Shown here piece after piece: positions 16,444-24,985 of a stretch of 64,000 nt of DNA (its first letter is position 1; each line of letters opens with the position of its first letter). The stretch comes from Elusimicrobiota bacterium (GTDB lineage: Bacteria; Elusimicrobiota; Elusimicrobia; UBA1565; UBA9628): positions 1,450 to 65,449 of the forward strand of contig DATNGC010000060.1 in the NCBI GenBank assembly GCA_035606075.1, written 5' to 3'. The notes under the pieces were generated by a model, which was given only the letters and a program-made list of their open reading frames with translations, did no database searches and was not told the DNA's origin. A program made the translations under genes and the position numbers.

Positions 16444-17653
16444 TTCCAGGACAAAGCGTCGGGGATATAGTCGGCTCGCCAGTTCTGACGAGGCGGCCAT
16501 CATCCCCCAGCCTAACCACTTCGAGGTCCGGGAACTCGTTGGTCAGCGGGAAGTCGGCCCAGGGATTCATGTAGAGGGTGAGTCGCGACTGCGGCATACA
16601 CCAGGGCCTGAGCCGGGACGCGATCAGGACACCGCTCACGCGCTTATATCTGGGACCGTCGTTCTGGCGCCAGAGGCCGTCCATTTTCCTAAAGAGCCGA
16701 GATTCCCGGCGACCGTCGGTATAGGTCTTGAACTCGACAGCCTCTTGCCCGTATAGAGCTTGCAGTGCGTCCTCGCTGTCAGTGCTCCCGTCCATTACGT
16801 TCACAGCGATGACGTAGGGCGTATTTAGCTTGCCGTATCGACGGGCCTTTGCGGCTAACATCTTGCGGAGTCTATGGCCCGTGCCGCTCCAGCCGCCGCC
16901 CATCTCCATCCCGATCGCTCGCCCAGGCTCGCCGCGAGCCTTGCCCTTCGGACAGGCAGTAAAATCAATGGCGCAGCCGTCCTGAACCCACTTTGTAACC
17001 GGCCAGTTCCTGAATCCGTTCTCTCCGGCGCTCTCGGCCTTGATCTTGTCGTAGTCTAGGCTGGCGAGCCAGGTCGTCAGGTGCTTTTTGATCGGACCGA
17101 TCGCGATGGCCTTCTTCAGCTCGCCCTGGTAATCAACGTGAAGGAAGAAGTCCTGCGACTTCAGATCGTCGATGGCATCCAATATCGGAGCCATCAGCCG
17201 CTCGTGCACGCTGGTCTCCTCGCTTGAGGTCAGCGTTCGGGCCTCAATAAAAACGCTCTTGCCAGCCGCCTCTATCTGGAAATCTACGCGGCGGTTGGTC
17301 GACCCAGACGAGGGATGGAGTGCGGGAGAATAGCCCATCTTGCGGAGCACCGAGTAGAGGAAGAGCTCGAAGAATGCGCCTGAGTGCGGCTCATCTCCTG
17401 ATCGGAAGCGAGCCCGCAGGTCAGCTTTGCCGGGCTCGGGGAAATCCGCGAACATGGCTTCGACAAGGCCCCGCGTCGCAGTGAAATCCGCGAGGGCGCT
17501 GCGGTTCAGGAAATGGAAGTGGGTTTCCGCTCGGCGCGAGTAATCGGTTTCGGTTCGCACTGCGTCATCAAAGAGTTTCATGCGTATGGGACGGTGGGGC
17601 GGAGGCGGGGGCAGGATAAAATCACCAGTCTGGATCCGAGGTGAGGGTTCCAT
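16427..17653 (-). CDS. Hypothetical protein, weak restriction-endonuclease-like core
   Basis: GAFFELFLYSVL..RRVDFQIEAAGKSVFIEARTL gives an E..D..E-A-R arrangement reminiscent of PD-(D/E)xK. It is the last gene of the RloC-like operon. The start may be ATG at 17581. Confidence 0.45.
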   Translation of the reverse strand: MEPSPRIQTGDFILPPPPPHRPIRMKLFDDAVRTETDYSRRAETHFHFLNRSALADFTATRGLVEAMFADFPEPGKADLRARFRSGDEPHSGAFFELFLYSVLRKMGYSPALHPSSGSTNRRVDFQIEAAGKSVFIEARTLTSSEETSVHERLMAPILDAIDDLKSQDFFLHVDYQGELKKAIAIGPIKKHLTTWLASLDYDKIKAESAGENGFRNWPVTKWVQDGCAIDFTACPKGKARGEPGRAIGMEMGGGWSGTGHRLRKMLAAKARRYGKLNTPYVIAVNVMDGSTDSEDALQALYGQEAVEFKTYTDGRRESRLFRKMDGLWRQNDGPRYKRVSGVLIASRLRPWCMPQSRLTLYMNPWADFPLTNEFPDLEVVRLGDDGRLVRTGEPTISPTLCPGTTLPV

Positions 17654-18875
17654 CCGGGTGGTGAAAAAACATCGAAGTGACCTTTACTGCCGCAAGGTCG
17701 ACCGAATAGTGATTAAAAGTCTGGCCTAAGGTAGTGCGATCACTCCACTGGCGAAGTTGGACCCGCCAGACTTCTCGGCCCTTCTCCAACCTCTTATCGA
17801 TCCACCAGCTAACATGAGTTCCCGGATGGGCATTCACCGCCCGCACGAAGGCCTCTGCTGCTGGCTCATAAGTGAGGACCATTCGCTTGACCCTGTCCTC
17901 ATCGGTATCCTGCCTATATGGGCCGATTTCCTCGCGGCTCACGCTTCCTTGGAACTGGTTCCCGTTCCAGTGATAGGTGGTTATCGTCAGATTCTGCGCG
18001 GTTTGCGGTAGATCGGGCTGCCGTTTGTAGCCCACGATCTCTTCGATGCCATCGCCATCTACGTCTTTGATCTCGATGCGCGGATAATCGCTATAGATCC
18101 CGCCACCGGTCAATTCCCTGAACCCATTCGTGTCCCACTGCCACACATGTATCCATTCACTTCGTTCACTAGTGGTTGAACGGGCAATCAATTCCGGACG
18201 ACCATCCCCGTTGATATCGCGTATCTGACAGTCGAGCGAGGATGCCGGTTGGTCTTCTAGTAGGGTGATGCTCGTTAGGCCCGATGGAGTTTGCCGCAAG
18301 CAGATCAGTTTGCAGGTCGACACATCTGTGTCAGCGCGTTGGATTGAAATGATCCGCTCCTTCACCCCGTCGCCATCGAGATCATGAAAGAGGTAGCGAA
18401 CAGCTTGGTCTTCCTTTTTTAGGATACCTAGCTCGCGCGTTGTGCCCTCAAGGCCTCGATCCAGCCAGCGGAGCAGAAGGTTGACGAATCCGATTATCTG
18501 TGCTGCCTCTGCCTTGGAATAATTAATAAATCGGTGCGTGGAAGCATTCCTGTTGAGCAGAAACACTCCAGAGAAAAGGCGTAAGAGGCCAAGTTGTTCG
18601 GCGGGGGTCTTCCCAAGTTGAAGAGGGCCGTCCTTGCCGAAGGCTTCCTCGGCCAGTTGTGTGCCAGTTCTCTCTGCTGGCGCAGCCAAGAGGCCGCGTA
18701 GGCGGCCTTCTAAGATCTTGAAAGCACGGATCACGGCGTCTTCTTCAAATGAAGGCGTGTTCAATGCTGGAAGGCAGTTCGCGCTCAGCTCGGGATCCCA
18801 GTGAGTTGGGGGCGTCTCGGCTGGCTCGCCAGAGTTTTTGGTAATCCAGTTAAGAAGCCGTAGTGCGGCGTTCAT
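17622..18875 (-). CDS. HEPN (Ymh/TIGR02391-like) domain fused to FG-GAP/VCBS-type repeats
   Basis: The N-terminal half has AFKILEGRLRGL and the Rx4H motif in LLNRNASTHRF. The C-terminal half has DLDGDGVKE, DINGDGRPE and DVDGDGIEE calcium-loop repeats. Confidence 0.6.
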   Translation of the reverse strand: MNAALRLLNWITKNSGEPAETPPTHWDPELSANCLPALNTPSFEEDAVIRAFKILEGRLRGLLAAPAERTGTQLAEEAFGKDGPLQLGKTPAEQLGLLRLFSGVFLLNRNASTHRFINYSKAEAAQIIGFVNLLLRWLDRGLEGTTRELGILKKEDQAVRYLFHDLDGDGVKERIISIQRADTDVSTCKLICLRQTPSGLTSITLLEDQPASSLDCQIRDINGDGRPELIARSTTSERSEWIHVWQWDTNGFRELTGGGIYSDYPRIEIKDVDGDGIEEIVGYKRQPDLPQTAQNLTITTYHWNGNQFQGSVSREEIGPYRQDTDEDRVKRMVLTYEPAAEAFVRAVNAHPGTHVSWWIDKRLEKGREVWRVQLRQWSDRTTLGQTFNHYSVDLAAVKVTSMFFHHPDGTLTSDPDW

Positions 18876-19951
18876 TTTCCGCGGGCCAGCTCGCTGGCGA
18901 ACTGAATAGCTGCCTCGTTTTTGCGAATAGCGGCGTAGAGGAACTTTTCAGCCTGTGCGAGGAATTCGTTTAGCTGGTGATACCTGGGAACGAGAACGGA
19001 TGGGGTTGCTGTCTTGGATAGGCGCTCAATAGATTTCCCAAGAGCGCAGACTCGGTGCCATGTGAAAGAAGGCTTGAAGCCATCGTAATCAGCTCTGACT
19101 CGAACTGTATAGTCATGTTCAAGGCGAATGTATTCATCTCTGGCTGGAGGGGTCCCTTCCGCAAATCCATATCCAGCTTCTCTTAGGGGAGTCGAAACGG
19201 AATCGTAGTCGTATTCGGAGTCGAATTCCTCTGACTTCAGAATCGTATCGAGAATTAGCTCAGGGACAGGGAGGTCGCGGAGGGTTGAGTGAATCATCTC
19301 CGCGTGGCGCGTATTTAGGTCACCGATAAGGGTCTCACGGAGGACAGGGAAAGAGAATTCTGTCCCTGCGACAAGCGCGACGGAAATCCGCTGAGCTGCC
19401 TCTGAATACTCCAGATAGGGCTTCGAGTAGCCGTAACCCTTAAGCCATGCAACGTGCTCTGGATTGCCACCGCACATGCCGCCATGTTCGTAGGTTGTCC
19501 TAAACATCCGACAGACGGTGTCGAGCAGGATCCGCGTGATGGCGCTATTTGCGCGAGGATTGTGCTCGCCGCGGTGGAACGCGACATTTCTATACGAGTG
19601 GCTGATTCGTAGAATCGCCGCATCACGTGCGGAGATGGAGTTGTCGACAAGCGTAAGGAAGCGGATCTTGCCGGCAAAATCGCGCTCAGCGCCTTTGCGG
19701 AGGTCCTCGGGTAATTTCGGTCGCAAGATGTGCTTTACGTAGTCCTCGCTATCAAAACGGGCTTGGCACCGATGGAACATGAGGATCTCGGCCAAGTTGT
19801 CGAGAACGATTAAGGCCAGTCGGATTCTGACAGGATCGTCAGAGAGGGCGTGGTCGCGGCAGATCTCAAGAGTGCGAGCAAACTCTTGGAACCGCTCGGG
19901 AGTGTTGATGTCCGGGGTCTCGGGTTCCCGAGCTCTGAGCGCTATTGGCAT
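18872..19951 (-). CDS. HEPN-like protein (Rx4H motif)
   Basis: SHSYRNVAFHRGEHN contains R-N-V-A-F-H in an all-helical N-terminal half. It overlaps the downstream gene by 4 nt and lies 15 nt after the ATPase gene. Confidence 0.5.
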   Translation of the reverse strand: MPIALRAREPETPDINTPERFQEFARTLEICRDHALSDDPVRIRLALIVLDNLAEILMFHRCQARFDSEDYVKHILRPKLPEDLRKGAERDFAGKIRFLTLVDNSISARDAAILRISHSYRNVAFHRGEHNPRANSAITRILLDTVCRMFRTTYEHGGMCGGNPEHVAWLKGYGYSKPYLEYSEAAQRISVALVAGTEFSFPVLRETLIGDLNTRHAEMIHSTLRDLPVPELILDTILKSEEFDSEYDYDSVSTPLREAGYGFAEGTPPARDEYIRLEHDYTVRVRADYDGFKPSFTWHRVCALGKSIERLSKTATPSVLVPRYHQLNEFLAQAEKFLYAAIRKNEAAIQFASELARGK

Positions 19952-19966
19952 CTGGCCTCGCCGCGT

Positions 19967-22327
19967 CTAGTGCCGGACAAAGGCCAGCGCCCGGTTTACA
20001 AAGCCAACCAGCTCGCCATCATTGATGGCCTGGGTTTGCCATGCAGGGTTCGTATCGTGGTGGAATCGATTGGCATACTCGACAAGGTCCCGAAGCTCGT
20101 CAATATTGGCTTGGTCGAGAATCTGCTGGGCCCCGCCCACGCGCTGATCGCAGAGGCCACGGAATGGCCCAAGCAACGTCCCCGGCGGGAAATGTTCTGG
20201 GCACGCCACCCGCAAGTAGCCTTCGAGGACCGGGCGGATGCTTTCAGCGACCTCTCGGCTGTTCACGCCACCGCCAGCGACGTGCTGGCGTAGAAGTGAA
20301 TGGCGCCGATCATATTCGGTGATGCAGTCCTGGTTGATATCCCAAGGTCGAATAGTCGAGCCCACCGCATCGCGTGCGACTTCGAGGGAAACTCGTTGGG
20401 CCGCGTCCGTGTGCTCCCAGACGCGACACAGAAAGGGTTTGCTGTGTGAGAGAACAATGACCTGCGCGGTTCGCCCGATGAGGCGCCGCACCTCTTGCGC
20501 AGTCGTCAGGGCTCTATGTTCGTCCAGGCTGGTCATCGGATCATCAATCACAATGATCTTTCCAGCGAGATTAGCGTCCTGGTCCAGGGACGCGAAGAAG
20601 AAAGCTAGGGCGAGAGAGTTCCGGTCGCCAGAGCTAAGGGTATTACGGAATGCATGAGCGCCCGCGACCGGCGCGCCACCAGCAACCGCAACCGGAGCGG
20701 CATTGATCACGATGTTATACGTGCAAGCAGGGCCTGAGCGCGTATTCACCGAGCCCATGTCGGAAATCCTGAACCCGGCGTTGAATCTGGCGAGGTAGGT
20801 ATTTATCGCAGCGTTATACGCAGGATAAGTCGCTTGCTGATACTGCCCAAGCGCCGTGCGCGCCTGATCGCGGAGTTGTTCAGTGGCGGTCTTTGCCGTC
20901 TTCTCTGTGAGATAATCTGCGCACAGGGGCGCCGTCGCTGCCGAATGGCGAGCCTTTGTAGCCTTGAGGCGGGCTACATCGCTGGCCAGCGCGGCCGGGT
21001 TGCCGGCAGCCGCCTGCTCTTGAACGATGCGGATCGCCGCGTTTATAGTCTGGAACCTGTCGCTGAGCGCCCTGACTGTTTGACGGTGTCCATCATAGGC
21101 CGTGATGGCGGCGTGGGCTTCAGGCGAAAGCGCCAGGGGTTCAAGTGGAGCTGCCTTTTTCGCTTCGAGAGCAGTCCGCACCGCGTCCGTGGCGGCGCGC
21201 CATGCGGCTCCCACCGCTGCCGTATCGATCTCGATTTCGGGCGCATCGGTGAACTGGGACCAGAATTGTCGCTGCTCGACCCAGACGCGGATCGCGCGCT
21301 CGAATTGAGAGGCCGTCTGGCCGCCATGCACTCGGCCGATCTCTAGGAGCATCGCCGCCACATCGTCCTTCAACTGGTGATAAGCTTCTCCGAAATAGAT
21401 GCGGTAATGATCAACGAGAGCTGATCCACGAAGGTCCTGCGCACAATACGGGCAAGTCGGCTGCGCGCCCTCAGCAGGCGGATGCGCGTGGGCGCGATTG
21501 AGGCCGTCGGCGACCCATGCCTCGCCTCCTGCGCCTAGAGTTCCCAAATGAGCCTGGACGGCTGCGGCTGCTTGAGCTTCAACAGCAGGGAGCGCCCGCC
21601 GAAGGAGCGTATCCAGCGCCTGTGGGTCCAAGGCCGGAAGGTCAAGAACCTGGAACAATGCGGTATTTCGGATACGCTCCTGCTGCTGCGCCGCCGTCAG
21701 ATTTCGTTCGGCCGTGAGAATAGCGGCGTCGATATCGGCGTTCGCGGGAAGATCGCAGAAGTCATCAACGGACAACGCGCCGCGCTCCGCGGCAGGAATC
21801 AAAGCCGCCTTGAGTCGAAGAGCGGTGTTGTGGGCCTCGATCTGTGCAACGTGGCCTTGCAGGGTGCGGTTCAACTGCACGCCCTGTGCGCCTAGGATCA
21901 GCTCGTTGAGGTTTTGGCGATGCTCCGAGCCGACTGTGAGACCGGAGTAGACGTTTTGCTCGACAAAAGCGTCGTCAAAAATCGCGACGTTTGTCAGGGA
22001 GCGACTCCAGGCGTTATTCTGGAACACAGCCGGAGCCCCGCCGACACAGTCAATTACGATGTGGGGGGCGTGGGCCGCGCCAAGGCGGCGTCGCTCTGCG
22101 ATGTGGAGGGGATCGCCCGTGCCCAGCGACCTAAGGATCGAAGCCAGGGTGGTCTTGCCGCGACCGTTTTCAGCGTAGACGAGGGTGAGCTTAGCTAGTG
22201 CCGGAGCACCGCCGCCGTTCACCGAGTCGAACTGCCCGGTGTTTCGTAAGAGCTGTATTCGGTTGATCAATCTGGACTCGTCCCTGGACTCGCCTATACT
22301 GCCTAAGACAGACCTTCCCCGACCCAC
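19967..22327 (-). CDS. AAA_13-type ABC/SMC-like ATPase with coiled-coil zinc hook, RloC/PrrC-like
   Basis: Walker A AENGRGKTTLAS, signature-like LSSGDRNSLALAFFFA and Walker B KIIVIDDPMTSLDEH. CPYC sits in the middle of a long Ala/Gln-rich helical insert. The roughly 150-aa C-terminal domain has RHSLLRQH and ANRFHHD. Confidence 0.7.
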   Translation of the reverse strand: MGRGRSVLGSIGESRDESRLINRIQLLRNTGQFDSVNGGGAPALAKLTLVYAENGRGKTTLASILRSLGTGDPLHIAERRRLGAAHAPHIVIDCVGGAPAVFQNNAWSRSLTNVAIFDDAFVEQNVYSGLTVGSEHRQNLNELILGAQGVQLNRTLQGHVAQIEAHNTALRLKAALIPAAERGALSVDDFCDLPANADIDAAILTAERNLTAAQQQERIRNTALFQVLDLPALDPQALDTLLRRALPAVEAQAAAAVQAHLGTLGAGGEAWVADGLNRAHAHPPAEGAQPTCPYCAQDLRGSALVDHYRIYFGEAYHQLKDDVAAMLLEIGRVHGGQTASQFERAIRVWVEQRQFWSQFTDAPEIEIDTAAVGAAWRAATDAVRTALEAKKAAPLEPLALSPEAHAAITAYDGHRQTVRALSDRFQTINAAIRIVQEQAAAGNPAALASDVARLKATKARHSAATAPLCADYLTEKTAKTATEQLRDQARTALGQYQQATYPAYNAAINTYLARFNAGFRISDMGSVNTRSGPACTYNIVINAAPVAVAGGAPVAGAHAFRNTLSSGDRNSLALAFFFASLDQDANLAGKIIVIDDPMTSLDEHRALTTAQEVRRLIGRTAQVIVLSHSKPFLCRVWEHTDAAQRVSLEVARDAVGSTIRPWDINQDCITEYDRRHSLLRQHVAGGGVNSREVAESIRPVLEGYLRVACPEHFPPGTLLGPFRGLCDQRVGGAQQILDQANIDELRDLVEYANRFHHDTNPAWQTQAINDGELVGFVNRALAFVRH

Positions 22328-22332
22328 ACAGC

Positions 22333-22364
22333 AAAAAGCCCCGGGCAGCTTGCCCAGGGCTTTT
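22333..22364. terminator. Bidirectional hairpin terminator candidate
   Basis: aaaaagccccgggca-gct-tgcccagggctttt forms an 11-bp stem with one mismatch, flanked by A5 and T4. It lies between the att repeat and the RloC-like start. Confidence 0.4.
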
Positions 22365-22399
22365 GCGCTTCTCCGTCGAGACTGCTGCGTTTACTGCGT

Positions 22400-22450
22400 C
22401 TAAATGGTTGCGGGGGCTGGATTTGAACCAGCGACCTCAAGGTTATGAGC
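22400..22450. repeat. att-type direct repeat: partial copy of the tRNA-Met 3' end
   Basis: 22408-22450 (43 nt) is identical to 54724-54766. 22400-22443 (44 nt, including ctaaatgg) is identical to 32687-32730. Confidence 0.85.
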
Positions 22451-22613
22451 TTCACCCTTTTTTCTCGACGAGGAATTTTATTTCTTCGTCGAGAGGCCTT
22501 CCCGCATCCACGCGGTTGAACGACTCAACCTTGTGGTCCTGCGGATACTATAGCATGTCGCGTTCAAAATGCGGCAGTAGCCCAGATTGAATTTGGAGCG
22601 ATCTGCTGGTTCG

Positions 22614-24356
22614 CTATCCGCGGGGAGCCATCATCGCCCGTTTGCTGAGCACGAGCAATTCTCCGTTCTCGACTCGCTCGGCGTCGGATGGCCGAAGGGT
22701 ATAGGAAAATCTTGGCCTGTTGTCTTCGGCCGTCAGAAGGCGAGTGCCAATCAGCTGTTCATCGCAATAGAGATTCAAGAAATAGATTCCTGGCCGTTGG
22801 ATAGCGATAACCATTTCCCCTGTGCCGGGAGTGCTAATGCAACTGGATCGGGTTTCGATGGTTACGGTGTTGACCGTTTGTTCTTCTCGAGAGATCGCGT
22901 CAATCAGGGCAACTCGTAGGCTGTGCTTGCCAGGCAAGGCCCGGATCGAACTCGCGATTGAAAGTCTTAGTAGGAGGGGGAACTTTTTTTGGTATGCGAC
23001 GTTGAACTCATTGATGAACGCGAGGTCGTTCTCGCCATGAACGGCAATTTGACAGATGATGAAGTAGACGAGTAAGACGGGACGCTCTTTCGTCAGGAAC
23101 GCATCGTGGCAAGCAGCATGCTCATCGAGGAATCGTTGGTTCGTGGTTTTGGTGAACTCGGCCCGTGCCCCTGGATCTTCAGGGATTTGTCCTTTGAGTT
23201 CTCCGAAGTAGAGCGCCCGCCGTCCAAGAAGCTGGCCTTCAATCCGAGCCTCGAGAAAGGCGGGTCCAGGCTTCTTCATCGGTAACCTGAGTTTGAAGAT
23301 GAGTTCGACATCTTCCGGGAGAAATTGAGAATTCACCTTTCCCGAGGCGACGATTGTTTCTTCACTGTCTTGAAGAAGTGCCATCTCAAACGATCTCTCT
23401 CCAGTCGCTCCCCAATATGCGACCGAAGTCATGAGCTCCGCCTCGTAGGGGAATTCAGGCGTGCCAAGAATCGTCATCGGTCGAGTGAACTTGAGCATGG
23501 TGGGACGTGTCTCGACTCCTTGAGACGTGAGTAGATAGTTTAGATGCCACTTCGGAGCTTTGGGGGTTTCGAGATCTTTAAAGTCATAGAGGCGTTTTTC
23601 GTGCGGCCCTTCGGAGAGAATCTTAGTAGGCTCGATGAGGGGAGTATCTTTCTTTGCTACCAAGTCACGCTGTGTCCAGCCAGTCTTGCCGAAACCCATG
23701 GATTGAGCTCGTGGTGCAGCAGTTGGATCGAGATCGATGTAACCGTAATCCAGGGGGCTAACTCCCTTCGGCGTGATTAAGAGTATCTGGAACATCCCTC
23801 CGACGGTATCGATTCCATGCTTGCGAAGTTCTGTTTCGAGGCCGGGAATCAGTTCGTCGGCCTTCTCTTTGATCGTCTTGCCGGAAGCCTCGATCGTGGC
23901 GAAGCTTCTGTCGAGGAAAGCCTGTGCCGGCGCGCCGGACCCGATGACGACGTAGCCGTCGATTCTGTTCGCGATGAAATCCGGGGATCGGAAGACCCAG
24001 GCGCCGATGTGTCCCCCGGCTTCACGCCCAGTAAGAATCATGCCGACGCCGCTATCTCGCCGGGTTCTTGACTTGTGGAGTGCGTAATAGTGCTTTGCGA
24101 TGCGCGGGATCTCCGCGGCGACTTTCCGCAGGATTTGAAGTTTTGGGTCTTGATGGAAGCGCTTTCGAAGCTGACGGACGATAGTGTCTATCGCTTCGAC
24201 ATCTCCTGCGTATCCGAGAACCTGGTTTGTTCCGATAGCGACGATCTTCTGGAGGTTGTCTTGGAAGGTCGGGGCCCCGCCTTCGCCCCATGTCGCCCTT
24301 GAATCGGAGATTAGAACCACGCCATCAGCAAATCGGCACGCCGCAACCATGGTCAT
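22614..24356 (-). CDS. Proteasome-beta/HslV-like Ntn-hydrolase domain fused to a C-terminal region of about 380 aa and unknown function
   Basis: The N-terminus M-TMVAACRFADGVVLISDSRATW...NLQKIVAIG...LGYAGDVEAIDTIV matches the Thr1 / DGVVLxxDxRxT / K / GxAGxxAD pattern of proteasome beta and HslV subunits. It starts 36 nt after the NTase stop. Confidence 0.6.
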   Translation of the reverse strand: MTMVAACRFADGVVLISDSRATWGEGGAPTFQDNLQKIVAIGTNQVLGYAGDVEAIDTIVRQLRKRFHQDPKLQILRKVAAEIPRIAKHYYALHKSRTRRDSGVGMILTGREAGGHIGAWVFRSPDFIANRIDGYVVIGSGAPAQAFLDRSFATIEASGKTIKEKADELIPGLETELRKHGIDTVGGMFQILLITPKGVSPLDYGYIDLDPTAAPRAQSMGFGKTGWTQRDLVAKKDTPLIEPTKILSEGPHEKRLYDFKDLETPKAPKWHLNYLLTSQGVETRPTMLKFTRPMTILGTPEFPYEAELMTSVAYWGATGERSFEMALLQDSEETIVASGKVNSQFLPEDVELIFKLRLPMKKPGPAFLEARIEGQLLGRRALYFGELKGQIPEDPGARAEFTKTTNQRFLDEHAACHDAFLTKERPVLLVYFIICQIAVHGENDLAFINEFNVAYQKKFPLLLRLSIASSIRALPGKHSLRVALIDAISREEQTVNTVTIETRSSCISTPGTGEMVIAIQRPGIYFLNLYCDEQLIGTRLLTAEDNRPRFSYTLRPSDAERVENGELLVLSKRAMMAPRG

Positions 24357-24391
24357 GTTCGTGCCGGGGGTCTCTCGGGGGGCATTGTCCG

Positions 24392-24985
24392 CTACTCCTG
24401 CATCCAGTCCGGAAGTTCGATAGAGGATTCCTTAACACCGAGATTGTCCCGTTCGACTCGGTTCAGATTCGCGATATACTTCGGAAAGTCTTCCGCGAAT
24501 CCCGAAGTCGAATGGAAATCGATGGCGGCTTTGAATCGTGTGACCAGTTTCTGGTGATCCAGGAGTTGCTTGGAGGCCAGTGCCGCGATGTCTGCCGCGT
24601 CATTTTGGTTGAAGCGTTTAAGCTTACTGACAGCGACGTCAGTCAAATCGAGAACCTCGACCGTGAAATTCTTCAGCGGTAAATCTGGAACAGCCTGGAA
24701 GAGCGGGGCTTGAGGCCAGAATAGAATCGCGCGGGTCACGACCTCAATATACATCCGATATTTCACGAACAGCGGAGCTTTGGGGCCGGCGAGGGCAAGC
24801 AATTGTTCTCGGATGGCCGGCGTGATCTCGGCGGCCTCAAGGATGTCGCTATCCTTGGTTCCTCGTTCATACTCGGTTTGCAACATGAGCGCGGCTGAGC
24901 CGATGATTCTCAAGCGGATAGGCTCGCTGCCAACAGGTTTCCACTTCTCGTCGATTTCGGTGAGAAATCTATGGATGAGTTTCAC
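24392..24985 (-). CDS. Minimal nucleotidyltransferase-fold protein (197 aa)
   Basis: RIIGSAALMLQTEYERGTKDSDILE fits the pol-beta NTase motif. It overlaps the XRE gene by 17 nt. Confidence 0.6.
   Translation of the reverse strand: MKLIHRFLTEIDEKWKPVGSEPIRLRIIGSAALMLQTEYERGTKDSDILEAAEITPAIREQLLALAGPKAPLFVKYRMYIEVVTRAILFWPQAPLFQAVPDLPLKNFTVEVLDLTDVAVSKLKRFNQNDAADIAALASKQLLDHQKLVTRFKAAIDFHSTSGFAEDFPKYIANLNRVERDNLGVKESSIELPDWMQE

Larger units (their letters stand above)
12950..22407. mobile_element. Island C: lower-GC genomic island (defence-type cargo), probably a degenerate integrative element
   Basis: GC and codon usage drop abruptly at about 12950-13080. The right end abuts the tRNA-3'-end repeat at 22408. 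The approximately 70 nt left of that repeat (hairpin, spacer, ctaaatgg) resemble the integrase-proximal arm of element A at 32632-32694. No integrase is present. Confidence 0.5.

Noticed and set aside
22408-22450. Possible tRNA gene, given the strong match to the tRNA T-arm and acceptor.
   Set aside because: Only the 3' 43 nt of the tRNA are present, with no D-arm or 5' acceptor strand. I interpret it as an att repeat left by integration.
22463-22493. Hairpin tctcgacgagg-aattttatttc-ttcgtcgaga as a terminator for the proteasome-like gene.
   Set aside because: The T-run lies on the wrong side for a minus-strand terminator, and none follows it on the plus strand. I keep it only as an unexplained hairpin near the att site.
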